DNA of 64,000 bases from an uncultured delta proteobacterium (GCA_963814585.1 CAWFDF010000008.1:192001-256000), one strand, 5' to 3'. Counted from the stretch's first letter, positions 31,300 through 41,008 are shown. Notes: a model not told the origin generated them from the letters alone. Numbers and translations are program-made.

Positions 31300-32730
31300 T
31301 CACTCCTCGTCCTCGCCCTCGGGGCGCGGCACGAAGCGGCCCTCCTCGCGCTCCTTGTACTCCTTCTGCCGGTACTGGATCTTCCGGACGCTGATGCCGA
31401 GGATCTCGGCGGCCCGCGACGTCGAGCCGCCCACCATCTCCAGGGTGCGCACGATGGCCTCCCGCTCGATGTCGTAGAGCGTGGCGCCGGGGATGAGCGC
31501 GCCCGGGGAGCGATCGCTGCGCGGCCGCAGGCCGCGCAGCGTGGGCGGCAGGTCGTCGCCGTTCAGCTCGGAGCCCTTGCAGAGGACCACCGCCCGCTCC
31601 ACCACGTTCTCCAGCTCGCGGACGTTGCCGGGCCAGTCGTGGGAGAGCAGCGCGTTGAGCGTGCCGGGCGCCAGCGCCTTGATCTCCTTGCCGTAGGCCT
31701 TGGCGTACTTGGCGATGAAGTGCGTGACCAGCGAGGGGATGTCACCCTTTCGCTCCCGCAGCGGCGGCAAGGTCACGGCCACCACGTTGAGCCGGTAGAA
31801 GAGATCCTCGCGGAACCGGCCCGTCTTCACCAGCTCGCCGAGGTCGCGGTTGGTGGCGGCCACCAGCCGGACGTCCACCTTGAGCGTGCGGGTGCCGCCG
31901 ACCCGCTCGAACTCGCGCTGCTGCAGGACGCGCAGCAGCTTGACCTGCAGGCCCGGGGAGATCTCCCCGATCTCGTCGAGGAAGAGCGTCCCGCCGTCGG
32001 CCAGCTCGAAGCGCCCCTCCTTCAGGCCGATGGCGCCGGTGAAGGCCCCCTTCTCGTGGCCGAAGAGCTCCGACTCCAGCAGGGTCTCGGAGAGCGCGGC
32101 GCAGTTCACCTTGATGAAGGCCTTGTCGGCGCGCGGCGACTCCTCGTGGAGCGCCTGCGCCACCAGCTCCTTGCCCGTCCCCGACTCGCCGAGGATGAGC
32201 ACCGTGGCGCGCGTGGGCGCGGCCCGCTTCACCACGTCGAAGACCGCCTGCAGCTCGGGGGCCTCCCCGACGATGTTGTGGAAGCTGTACCGGTCGCGCA
32301 CCCGCTCCCGGAGGTTCTGGGCGTCGCGCTGCAGCTTGAGCTTCTCGAGCGCCTTGGCCAGGACCACCTGCACGGCGCTGAAGTCGAGCGGCTTGGTGAG
32401 GTAGTTCTCGGCGCCGGCCCGCATCGCCTCGACGGCGGCCTCGACCGAGGCGTACGCGGTCATCATCACGAAGACCGCGTCCGTCCCCTGCTCGCGCGCC
32501 CGCCTGAGCAGCGTGATGCCGTCGAGCCGGGGCATCCGGACGTCCGCCAGCACCACCGACGGCCCGAAGCCGGGGATCAGCGCCAGCGCCTCCTCCCCGT
32601 CGGCGGCCTCGAGGACCTCGTATCCTTCCTCCGCCAGCATGGTCCGGAGCGCGACGCGGGCGTTCTGCTCGTCGTCGACGACCAGGATCCAATCCTTGGA
32701 CACCCTCGACACCGTGCTGGGTGTGGTCAT
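31300..32730 (-). CDS. Sigma54-dependent response regulator (NtrC/AtoC family)
   Basis: [34 protein letters not shown], Fis-type HTH. Confidence 0.93.
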   Translation of the reverse strand: MTTPSTVSRVSKDWILVVDDEQNARVALRTMLAEEGYEVLEAADGEEALALIPGFGPSVVLADVRMPRLDGITLLRRAREQGTDAVFVMMTAYASVEAAVEAMRAGAENYLTKPLDFSAVQVVLAKALEKLKLQRDAQNLRERVRDRYSFHNIVGEAPELQAVFDVVKRAAPTRATVLILGESGTGKELVAQALHEESPRADKAFIKVNCAALSETLLESELFGHEKGAFTGAIGLKEGRFELADGGTLFLDEIGEISPGLQVKLLRVLQQREFERVGGTRTLKVDVRLVAATNRDLGELVKTGRFREDLFYRLNVVAVTLPPLRERKGDIPSLVTHFIAKYAKAYGKEIKALAPGTLNALLSHDWPGNVRELENVVERAVVLCKGSELNGDDLPPTLRGLRPRSDRSPGALIPGATLYDIEREAIVRTLEMVGGSTSRAAEILGISVRKIQYRQKEYKEREEGRFVPRPEGEDEE

Positions 32731-32836
32731 TCGGCTCCATCACCATCGGCGCGCAAAGACTGCGTGATGGACCGTTCTATGCCCATTCTGGTGGAAAAGA
32801 TCCAGCACTCTCGGCCAAATCGGAGAGGATGGGAGC

Positions 32837-33520
32837 TCAGGACTTTGCGCGCTCGAGATCCTGGACTGACCCGAACTGGGGATCGTGGTGGCGGCCGATG
32901 CGGCCGTACGGGCGCCACTTGAACCTGGCCCCCAGTCCCTCGGCCACCTCGCGGCACTCCGGCTCCGAGAGCCCCTCCACGCCGACGACGCTGGCCGTCA
33001 CCTCGGGCAGGTGAGCCACGGCCGAGCGGATGAACGCCTTCACCGCGTCATGGGCCGCCTCACCGTACCGGCTCGGGCAGAGGCGGGCGTAGGTCTTCGC
33101 GTCGGCGGCGTTGAGGGAGACCGAGGCCGCGTCGAGGCCGGCGGCGGCCAGCTCCGGCACCACGTCGCGCCCCTCGCGCAGGCTGGCCAGGCCGTCGGTG
33201 TCCAGCCGGACCCGCTTCACCCCGGCCGCCTTGAGGCGGCGCGTGATCTCCAGCACCACCTCGAGCCGGCGCGTCGGCTCGCCGAAGCCCGTGAAGACCA
33301 CCTCGCTGCGCCCGGCCAGGCCCGCCGCCAGCGCCGCCGTCCAGACCTCCTCGAGGCCTGGATGACCCTGGAGCCGGAGGTCGAAGGGGCCGACGGTGAA
33401 GTCGTCGTCGCTGATCTTGGGGCAGAAGACGCAGGCCAGCGTGCAGGCGCTGGTGACGTTGAGGTAGAGCGCATCGCCGAGCGGATAGGCGAGGACGGGA
33501 GGTGGGGCGGGCGAGCTCAT
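32837..33520 (-). CDS. TatD-associated radical SAM protein
   Basis: LYLNVT..CTLACVFC (CxxxCxxC), EVVF.G.GEPT, SVSLNA. Confidence 0.85.
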   Translation of the reverse strand: MSSPAPPPVLAYPLGDALYLNVTSACTLACVFCPKISDDDFTVGPFDLRLQGHPGLEEVWTAALAAGLAGRSEVVFTGFGEPTRRLEVVLEITRRLKAAGVKRVRLDTDGLASLREGRDVVPELAAAGLDAASVSLNAADAKTYARLCPSRYGEAAHDAVKAFIRSAVAHLPEVTASVVGVEGLSEPECREVAEGLGARFKWRPYGRIGRHHDPQFGSVQDLERAKS

Positions 33521-33559
33521 GGTGGGCCCGCGGGTGATATCAGGGGCTCGACGCCGGCG

Positions 33560-33922
33560 CTACTCGACCGCCGGAACCTGGCCGCTGCAGCCGACGCAGT
33601 AGCGCGCCTCGGGGATCGCCCGCATCCGCTGCAGCCCCATCGGCCCCCCGCAGGCCAGGCAGCTGCCGTAGGAGCCCTGATCGATCCTCAGCAGCGCGGC
33701 GTCGATCTCGGCCAGCTCGCGGCGGGCCTCGTCGTCGGCCGGCTCCGGGAGCGCCTCGGCGTCGAACCAGTAGGCCCCCGCGGTCGCGCCCACCGCGCCC
33801 GCGGCGCGTGACTGCCGCCTCAGGCGGTGGCGGCGCGTCAGCAGGGACTCGCGGGCCTCGGATTCGAAGTGGACCATCGAGGCGAGACCAAGCACGCGGC
33901 GTGCCGCCACTTTCGGCTGCAA
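33560..33922 (-). CDS. TraR/DksA C4-type zinc finger protein (start uncertain)
   Basis: EIDAALLRIDQGSYGSCLACG..M...R..AIPEARYCVGC. Confidence 0.8.
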   Translation of the reverse strand: MQPKVAARRVLGLASMVHFESEARESLLTRRHRLRRQSRAAGAVGATAGAYWFDAEALPEPADDEARRELAEIDAALLRIDQGSYGSCLACGGPMGLQRMRAIPEARYCVGCSGQVPAVE

Positions 33923-34023
33923 TTCCGGGCTTCCCGTCGCGAAACCTGCGCCCTGGCATCACCTCGCGCACCGCTTGCGCGATCGCGTCGACCGGCCCGA
34001 GTTGGCCCCGGGGCCAGGCGCGA

Positions 34024-35370
34024 TCAGCCCGGCAGGGCGCGCCGGACCGTGCCGTCGACCGCGGTGTCGACCAGCGGGCCGGTCGCCAGGCGCGTGGCCG
34101 GGTCGAGGCGCCTCACCAGCGGCTTGTCCCAGCGCGCCCGGTCACGCGCCGGCACCGCCACCCGCCCCAGGCCTCCGTCGGCCAGCTCCACCAGCGTGCC
34201 GGGTGGATGGAGTCCCAGGGCGTTGACCAGCGCCTGCGCCAGCGCGGCGTGGTAGAGCCTCCCGCCGGCCTTGAGCATCGCCCCGAGGGCGTCGGCGCGG
34301 GTGACCTTGGCCCCGTAGAGCCGGATGACGTTGGCGTAGTCCTCCGCGAGTCGCAGCGCCGCTCCGCCGCCCGACGGGGGCCCCTGCGGATCGGCCAGGT
34401 CGCGGTGGTGCTCCAGCACCCCGCGCAGCCTGCGAAGCTTGGCCTCCGAGAAGCCGCGCTGGCGCAGCAGGAGCCGCGCCCCCTCGAGGGGATGGCGCGC
34501 CAGGGCCGCCGTCCCCTCCCCGACCGACGGCACCAGGTACCCGACGTCGTGGACCAGGCCGGCGATGCCGACGTCCTGGAGCAGCCCGGCGGGGAACCCG
34601 GCCGCCTTGCCGGCCAGCAGGGCCACCATGGCCACCTCGACGGCGTGGGCCGCGTGCGGCGGGCAGTCGGGGAAGCCGAGCCAGAAGGCGGGCGCCTCGA
34701 GGCCCGCGGCGAGCGCCTCGGCCACGGCTCGCCGGATGGGCAACGGGTTGAGCACCCGGCCGGCGGCGAGGTGATCCCAGCCGTCGCAGGTCAGGTCGAG
34801 CAGCAGCCGGAGGACCTGCTCCGGCGTCCGCGGCGGCGGCGCTTGCTCCGACCGGGCGGCCTGGAACCGGTAGATGCCCAGCAGCTCCACCGCGTCGAGC
34901 CCCTGGTCCAGCAGCCACTGGCCGAGCGTGCCACGCGGCCACTCCTGGGCGGGCGGGCTGGCCAGCCCCTTCACCAGGGTCCGGATCTGCGGCCCGGTGA
35001 GCGGCGAGTGGAACAGGAGCCCGCCGGTGTTGTGGCGCTTCAGCTCGGCCCCCAGGCCGGCCGCGCCCGGCCGGTCGTCGGTGCGGACGCGGATGTCGTT
35101 GAGGTAGACCTGGTCCTCGACCGTCACCAGGGTGACCGGCCCGAGCGCCTCCCCCAGCGCCGCCAGCACCCGCGCCAGCTCGGCCACCGGCGCGTCGAAG
35201 GCTTGGTTGTCCGGGCTGTGGATCCGGGTCAGCTTGAGGAGGCCGGCCACCAGCTGCACCAGGCTCTCGCCCCCCTCGCGGACCCTCTGCGCCAGCTCCC
35301 GGTCCTCTCCGGCGCGGGCGCGGCCGAGGGCACGGCCGAGGCTGGCCTGGGCCCGGGCGAGCTCATCCAT
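34024..35370 (-). CDS. HD-domain protein (HD-GYP-like, GYP motif degenerate)
   Basis: HAVEV, GLVHDVG, HPLEGA, EHH, and C-terminal LGLHPPGTLVELADG; no GYP. Confidence 0.78.
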   Translation of the reverse strand: MDELARAQASLGRALGRARAGEDRELAQRVREGGESLVQLVAGLLKLTRIHSPDNQAFDAPVAELARVLAALGEALGPVTLVTVEDQVYLNDIRVRTDDRPGAAGLGAELKRHNTGGLLFHSPLTGPQIRTLVKGLASPPAQEWPRGTLGQWLLDQGLDAVELLGIYRFQAARSEQAPPPRTPEQVLRLLLDLTCDGWDHLAAGRVLNPLPIRRAVAEALAAGLEAPAFWLGFPDCPPHAAHAVEVAMVALLAGKAAGFPAGLLQDVGIAGLVHDVGYLVPSVGEGTAALARHPLEGARLLLRQRGFSEAKLRRLRGVLEHHRDLADPQGPPSGGGAALRLAEDYANVIRLYGAKVTRADALGAMLKAGGRLYHAALAQALVNALGLHPPGTLVELADGGLGRVAVPARDRARWDKPLVRRLDPATRLATGPLVDTAVDGTVRRALPG

Positions 35371-37048
35371 GGCGGGCCCCCAGGTGGCGGCGGCGCGCCA
35401 GCATGGCGAGGCAGTGGCGCCGGAGGGCGTCGTCGTCGACCTCCTTGACCAGCGCCTCCAGCTGGGCCAGCGCCTCGGGCGCCGGGTGGGAGGCCAGCCC
35501 CGAGGCGCCGGCGGCGCGCAGGGCGTCGTCGTGCCCGGAGCCCGAGAACGCCTTGAGCAGGCCGCGGCGCGGCTTGAGCCACTCGGCGAAGACGGACGAG
35601 GCTCGCCCCGGATCGAGCCGGGCCATGGCCGAGCCGAAGGCATCGGCCTCGGCGAACGAGCACCCCTTGCGACCAGCCAGCGCGTCGTGGACGGACTGGA
35701 AGGCGGCGGCCTTGCCGCTGCGGGCCAGCGCGCGCGCCACGCCGATGCGGACCGGCTCCCGTGGCGACTGGAGGAGTCGCAGCAGCCGCTGCACCGGCAC
35801 CTCCCCCCCGGCCGCCTCGAGCGCCTGGAGCGCGGCCACCTGCAGGCCCTCGTCCGCGTGATCGAGCAGCGCCAGCGCCGCCGGCGTCGCGAAGGCGGGG
35901 GCCCGGGCGCCGATGGCGGTGACCAGCGCGCGCGCCACCCTGGCGTCGAGCGTGGCGAGCCGCTCGACGATGGCGCCGGCGTCGGCGGGAAGCCGGGCCT
36001 CGGCGACGAGGGCGAGGACGTGACGGCGCCCCGGGTCGACCTCGGTGGCCAGCAGATCGAGGGCGGCCTGCGCGGTGACCAGCGGCACCAGGCGCTGCGC
36101 CTCGGGAGGGAGCCTGGCGCTGCCGGCCGGCACCGCCGCCAGCACCGCGTCGAGCAGCCGGGGATCGCCCAGGGTCCGGAGCAGCTCGTCGCGCAGCGGA
36201 CCGGGAGGCATCCGCGCGGCCAGCTCCGCCAGCTCCGCCAGCGGCGCCAGCGCCGCGTCGGCGATGAAGGCGTCGCGCAGCTCGACCAGGAAGAGCTGCG
36301 CCTCCCGCACCGGGACCACGCCGCGCGCGGCCTCGGCGAGCAGGAGCCCGGCCAGGCGGAGGGCGCCGGCCCCCAGCGCCTCGGCCGCCTCGCCGGCGTG
36401 GAGCGAGGCCAGGGCCTCCGCCGGCACGTCGCGCCAGGCGATGGGACCGGGAGGCGGGAGGAGCGGGAACGGCGCGTCGAAGCCGGCCGGCGCGCGGCTC
36501 CCCGCCCCCCGGGACCGGCGGGTCCGCTCGGGCTCCGGGTTGTCCTCCTCCGGCGTGAACCCCTCGACGGCCTCGAAGCCGATCCGCTGGAACTCACCCT
36601 TGCGGAGCAGCGTGATGACGTCCTCCTCCTGCTGCCGGATGCCCACGTAGCGGACGGCGAGGATCTCGAGGAAGGCCAGCAGCTCCTCCCAGGGCACGCC
36701 GGATCGGAAGGTGATGCGGCGAACGCCATCCCGGAAGAGCCGGAAGGCCAGGGACCGCTCCCGGTCCTCCTCGCGATAGACGGCCTCTCCGTCGCGCAGC
36801 AGCTCGAACGGAAGGACCTCGAGCGTCAGGTCGGCGGCGGCCGTGGCCGCCTCGGCGCGGGCCTGGTAGTCGGAGAGGAACTGCCGGACCACGGCGTTGC
36901 CGGGCGCGTAGAGCGTGAAGGAGCGCGCGGCCTTGGAGAGCGCGGAGACGAACTGCGCCGCCACCGCGCCCGGACCGCTGGTGGCCAGCGGCGCGGCGGG
37001 CCCGGCCTCCCTCGGTGAGCCACCTCTCGGCGGCATGGGCAGCGCCAT
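35363..37048 (-). CDS. HEAT-repeat protein
   Basis: LY..GN N-terminal domain, LAFRLFRDGVRRITF..G...EEL, C-terminal HEAT-like repeats; overlaps the HD gene start. Confidence 0.72.
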   Translation of the reverse strand: MALPMPPRGGSPREAGPAAPLATSGPGAVAAQFVSALSKAARSFTLYAPGNAVVRQFLSDYQARAEAATAAADLTLEVLPFELLRDGEAVYREEDRERSLAFRLFRDGVRRITFRSGVPWEELLAFLEILAVRYVGIRQQEEDVITLLRKGEFQRIGFEAVEGFTPEEDNPEPERTRRSRGAGSRAPAGFDAPFPLLPPPGPIAWRDVPAEALASLHAGEAAEALGAGALRLAGLLLAEAARGVVPVREAQLFLVELRDAFIADAALAPLAELAELAARMPPGPLRDELLRTLGDPRLLDAVLAAVPAGSARLPPEAQRLVPLVTAQAALDLLATEVDPGRRHVLALVAEARLPADAGAIVERLATLDARVARALVTAIGARAPAFATPAALALLDHADEGLQVAALQALEAAGGEVPVQRLLRLLQSPREPVRIGVARALARSGKAAAFQSVHDALAGRKGCSFAEADAFGSAMARLDPGRASSVFAEWLKPRRGLLKAFSGSGHDDALRAAGASGLASHPAPEALAQLEALVKEVDDDALRRHCLAMLARRRHLGARHG

Positions 37049-37161
37049 CCGACCCCCTCCGAGGGAGTGAACCTCCCCGGCACGGGGGCGTCAAGGAAAC
37101 GGGCGTGCCGGCGGACGGGACGTGGCAGAAGCGCGCGTGCGCCAACGTGACGCAAGCGCGG

Positions 37162-37179
37162 GTGTGGAGAAATTGAACG
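37162..37179 (-). promoter_or_regulatory. Single copy of the sigma54-activator binding motif upstream of the sensor operon
   Basis: Reverse complement CGTTCAATTTCTCCACAC matches CGTCGAAGTTCTCCACAC of the 43592 enhancer at 15/18 positions. Confidence 0.5.
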
Positions 37180-37258
37180 ATGATGCCGGGCGCCGGTCGC
37201 GTGGGGTGGAGCCCAGCGCCGCGGGTCGGGGACGATCACGCTTCAGGGGGGGGGCCAC

Positions 37259-38899
37259 ATGAAGTCCACCGAAACGCCTCCCGGCCCCTCGGCCGATCTC
37301 GGGTACGAGCTCCGCTGGCGCGATCGCCTCTCCTCCAAGCTCCTGCTCTTCACCACCATGGCCGGGCTGGTGATCGTGGCGGCGTTCTTCGTCGCCGAGC
37401 TCCGCTTCGAGCGGTTCGTGGTCCAGCAGGCTGCCGAGGAGTCGGACCTGGTGGCCCAGACCGCGGCCAGCGCCATCTACCGGGCCATGCTCCTCGACCG
37501 GCGCGAGGACGCCTACCGCATCCTCGAAGACATCGGGCGGCAGCCGGGCGTCGATCGGATCCGCCTCCTCGACCACGGCGGCCGCGTCGCCTTCTCGACC
37601 GACGCCACCGAGACCGGCCGGACGCTGGACCCTCGCGGCCCGCACTGCGTGGTCTGCCACGCCGCCGGGGCGGATCGGGCCCCGGGGCTCGAGGGGCGCC
37701 GGCGCGTCGAGGAGGTCGGGGGGCAGCGCGTGCTCCAGCTGGTCGCGCCCATGCCCAACCAGCCGGCCTGCGCCGCCGCCGGCTGCCACGTCCACCCCAC
37801 CGCGGCGAGGCTCCTCGGGCTGCTCGCCGTCGATCGCTCCCTGGCCGCGGCCGATGCCCGGCTGGCTGGCTTCCGCTGGAGCTCGCTGGTGGTCGCCGCC
37901 GTGGTCGCCGCCGCCCTGGGGCTGGCCTTCTGGTGGCTGACCCACCGCCGCCTGGTCCAGCCGGTGGCTGCCCTGGTGGCGGCCACCCGCCGCGTCGCCC
38001 ATCAGGACCTGGAGCAGCCTGCGGCGCCCGACTTCGGCGGGGAGCTCGGGCTGCTGGCGGCCTCCTTCGGCGAGATGGTCCGCTCCCTGCGGGCCACCCG
38101 CGCCGAGCTGGATGCGCTCAACCAGGACCTCGAGCGCCAGGTCGAGGACCGCACCCGGGCGCTGGTCGAGACCCGCGAGCAGCTGGCGCGGGGCGAGACG
38201 CTGGCCGCCCTGGGCCGGCTCTCCGCCGCCGTCGGACACCGGCTGGGCAGCCCGCTCTCCGGCATCCTCACCATCGCCCGGAACGGCGCCCGCTCGCTCG
38301 AGGCCGGCCCCCTTCCCGACCCCGAGCGCGCCCGGCTGGCCCACGATCTCCGGCTCGTCGAGCGGGAGGCCGATCGCGCCGGCGAGGTGGTGGTGCGGCT
38401 CCTCGACTTCTCGCGCGAGCGCCCCTTCTCGGCGCAGCTCCTCGGAGCCGACTCGGTGGTCGACGAGGCGCTGGAGCTGGCCACGTCCGAGGCGAGGCTG
38501 CAGGGCATCGCCGTCACCCGGCGCAGCACGCCGACCTCTCCGCTCCTGGCCGACCGCAGCCAGCTCCGGCAGGCCGTGCTCGACACGCTGCTCCGGGCCT
38601 TCGGCGCCATGCCGGACGGCGGGCAGCTCACCGTCGAGACCGGCCCGGCCGCGAGCGGCCGCGAGGTCGAGATCGCCGTCACCGACTCGGGCCCGATGCT
38701 CCCGGCCGGGGAGCTGGGCCGCGTCTTCGAGCCCGACTTCTCGGCCACGGCGGGCGCCGGCCTCGGGCTGGCGCAGGCCCACGCCATCGCCGTCCGCCAC
38801 GGCGGGCGGCTCGAGGTCACCAGCGAGCCGGGACGAGGCACCCGGATCGCCATCCGCCTGCCGGCACCACCTGCGGCCGACGAGGGCGCCGGGCGGTGA
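37259..38899 (+). CDS. Membrane sensor kinase-like protein with periplasmic c-haem motifs; degenerate kinase core
   Basis: TM-CVVCH-CAAAGCH-TM-HAMP; H-box VGHRLGSP, N-box QAVLDTLLRAFGAM lacking both Asn. Confidence 0.85.
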   Translation: MKSTETPPGPSADLGYELRWRDRLSSKLLLFTTMAGLVIVAAFFVAELRFERFVVQQAAEESDLVAQTAASAIYRAMLLDRREDAYRILEDIGRQPGVDRIRLLDHGGRVAFSTDATETGRTLDPRGPHCVVCHAAGADRAPGLEGRRRVEEVGGQRVLQLVAPMPNQPACAAAGCHVHPTAARLLGLLAVDRSLAAADARLAGFRWSSLVVAAVVAAALGLAFWWLTHRRLVQPVAALVAATRRVAHQDLEQPAAPDFGGELGLLAASFGEMVRSLRATRAELDALNQDLERQVEDRTRALVETREQLARGETLAALGRLSAAVGHRLGSPLSGILTIARNGARSLEAGPLPDPERARLAHDLRLVEREADRAGEVVVRLLDFSRERPFSAQLLGADSVVDEALELATSEARLQGIAVTRRSTPTSPLLADRSQLRQAVLDTLLRAFGAMPDGGQLTVETGPAASGREVEIAVTDSGPMLPAGELGRVFEPDFSATAGAGLGLAQAHAIAVRHGGRLEVTSEPGRGTRIAIRLPAPPAADEGAGR

Positions 38900-38906
38900 C
38901 TCCGCG

Positions 38907-39455
38907 ATGGACCCCATCTCCATCTGCTGGATCGGGGAGCACGAGGCGGTCCCGGCGGTGATCGAGCGCGTGCGCCACGAGCTGGAGCGCGCCTACGGCG
39001 TGCCGGCGGTCCTCTGGGACCCGGCCGACCGGCCGCGCGACACCCTCGACCCGAAGCGGCGCCAGCACGCCTCCGGCAAGCTGCTGGCCTGGCTGCTCCA
39101 GGCCGCTCCACCCGGCCGGAAGGTCCTGGGGCTCACCGACCAGGACCTGTTCATCCCCATCCTCACCTACGTGTTCGGCGAGGCCCAGCTCGGCGGCCGC
39201 GTGGCGGTGGCCTCCACCGCCCGGCTCTCCGAGGACCTCGACCGCCGGGGCGAGCGACGCTTCACCGAGCGGGTCGTCAAGGAGGCGGTCCACGAGGTGG
39301 GCCACGCCTACGGCCTGGTGCACTGCAACGTCCCTCGCTGCGTCATGAGCCGCGCCGCCGGCGTCCGCGACGTCGACGAGAAGTCCGTCGAGCTCTGTCC
39401 ACGCTGTCGCCGCCGGCTCTCCGAGCCGGGGAGGAGTCCTCATGGCCTCGAATGA
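38907..39455 (+). CDS. Archaemetzincin (peptidase M54) Zn protease
   Basis: DLFIPILTYVFGEA, KEAVHEVGHAYGLVHC...CVM...D.K...LCPRC. Confidence 0.9.
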   Translation: MDPISICWIGEHEAVPAVIERVRHELERAYGVPAVLWDPADRPRDTLDPKRRQHASGKLLAWLLQAAPPGRKVLGLTDQDLFIPILTYVFGEAQLGGRVAVASTARLSEDLDRRGERRFTERVVKEAVHEVGHAYGLVHCNVPRCVMSRAAGVRDVDEKSVELCPRCRRRLSEPGRSPHGLE

Positions 39456-40851
39456 GCGCGTCCGCATCCTGGTGGTCGACGACGAGGAGATCGTCCGGGA
39501 GTCGCTGGCCGGCTGGCTGGACAAGGACGGCTACGCGGTCGACCAGGCGGCCGACGGGCCCTCGGCGCTGGAGAAGCTGCGCGCCCGGCCCTACTCCATC
39601 CTCATCGCCGACCTGAAGATGCCGGGCATGGACGGCCTCACCGTCCAGGTCGAGGCCCGGAAGCTGCAGCCCGCCCTGGCGGTGGTGATCATGACCGCCT
39701 ACGCCACCGTCGACACCGCCGTGACGGCCATGAAGCAGGGCGCCTTCGACTACCTCGTGAAGCCGTTCGATCCCGAGGAGTTGACGATGATGATGCAGAA
39801 GATCGTCGCCCAGCAGGAGCTGCTGCGCGAGAACGCCGTGCTCCGCAAGGCGCTGAAGAAGGAGCACCGGCTCCACGATCTCGCCTCCAAGGCCCCGGCG
39901 ATGCAGGCGGTCTTCGACCTGGCCCGCAGCGCGGCCCGCTCCAGCTCCACCATCCTCGTCCTCGGCGAGTCCGGCTCGGGCAAGGAGGTCCTGGCCCGCG
40001 CCATCCATGCCGAGAGCCCGCGCGCCGAGGGCCCGTTCGTGGAGGTCTCGTGCGCCGCGCTCACCGAGACGCTGCTGGAGTCCGAGCTCTTCGGCCACGA
40101 GAAGGGGTCCTTCACCGGCGCCACCGCGCGACGCAAGGGCAAGTTCGAGGCCGCCCACAAGGGCACCCTCTTCCTCGACGAGGTCGGCGACATCGGCCCC
40201 AAGCTCCAGCTCGACCTGCTGCGGGTGCTGGAGGAGCGCCGCTTCCAGCGGATCGGCGGCAACGAGACGGTCGAGGTGGACGTCCGCATCGTCGCCGCGA
40301 CCAACAAGGACCTGCAGCGGGCCGTGGCGGCCGGGAGCTTCCGGGAGGACCTCTTCTACCGGCTCAACGTCATCCCCATCCGCCTGCCCCCGCTCCGGGA
40401 ACGGCGCGAGGACATCCCGCTGCTGGTCGACCACTTCATCGAGCGGCTCTCGGCCGAGCTGGGACGGCCCATCGAGGGGATCTCGGCCGAGGCCATGAAC
40501 GCGCTGATGATCCAGCCCTGGCCAGGGAACGTGCGCGAGCTGCGCAACGTCCTCGAACGGGGCGCGGTCGTTGCGCGCGGGCCGCTCATCGAGCTGGAGG
40601 ACCTCGGCCTCACCACTCGAGCGGGCCCCGCCCCGGCAGGGCCACCGCCCGCAGCCGTGACCTCGCCCGATGAGTCGCTCGACGAGGTGGAGCGGCGGCA
40701 CATCGCCAGCGTGCTGGCCCACACCGGGTTCAACGTCAGCCAGTCGGCCCGGGTCCTCGGCGTCGACCGGGTCACGCTCTACAACAAGATGCGAAAGTAT
40801 GGGCTGCGGCGGGAGGGCGAGGAGGAGCCTGGCCCGCCGAGCGCCCGTTGA
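39442..40851 (+). CDS. Sigma54-dependent response regulator (NtrC/AtoC family)
   Basis: REC with [37 protein letters not shown], Fis HTH. Confidence 0.93.
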   Translation: MASNERVRILVVDDEEIVRESLAGWLDKDGYAVDQAADGPSALEKLRARPYSILIADLKMPGMDGLTVQVEARKLQPALAVVIMTAYATVDTAVTAMKQGAFDYLVKPFDPEELTMMMQKIVAQQELLRENAVLRKALKKEHRLHDLASKAPAMQAVFDLARSAARSSSTILVLGESGSGKEVLARAIHAESPRAEGPFVEVSCAALTETLLESELFGHEKGSFTGATARRKGKFEAAHKGTLFLDEVGDIGPKLQLDLLRVLEERRFQRIGGNETVEVDVRIVAATNKDLQRAVAAGSFREDLFYRLNVIPIRLPPLRERREDIPLLVDHFIERLSAELGRPIEGISAEAMNALMIQPWPGNVRELRNVLERGAVVARGPLIELEDLGLTTRAGPAPAGPPPAAVTSPDESLDEVERRHIASVLAHTGFNVSQSARVLGVDRVTLYNKMRKYGLRREGEEEPGPPSAR

Positions 40852-40915
40852 GCACCGACGAAGTTCTCCACACCTTCCCCATCCGACTGTAGAGCGCCGT
40901 TGAGTTCTTCCACGC
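40843..40915 (+). promoter_or_regulatory. Enhancer (UAS) copy 1, 73 bp
   Basis: 63/73 identical to 43592-43664; two internal units 42 bp apart. Confidence 0.8.
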
Positions 40916-41008
40916 CCGCTGGCGCGCGGCGGGCGTGCGCCGGCGCGCGGCCAGCGACATCTCCCAGTGAATCCGGTCGATTCCGCGGCGGCGCCGCGCC
41001 GGGGCCGC

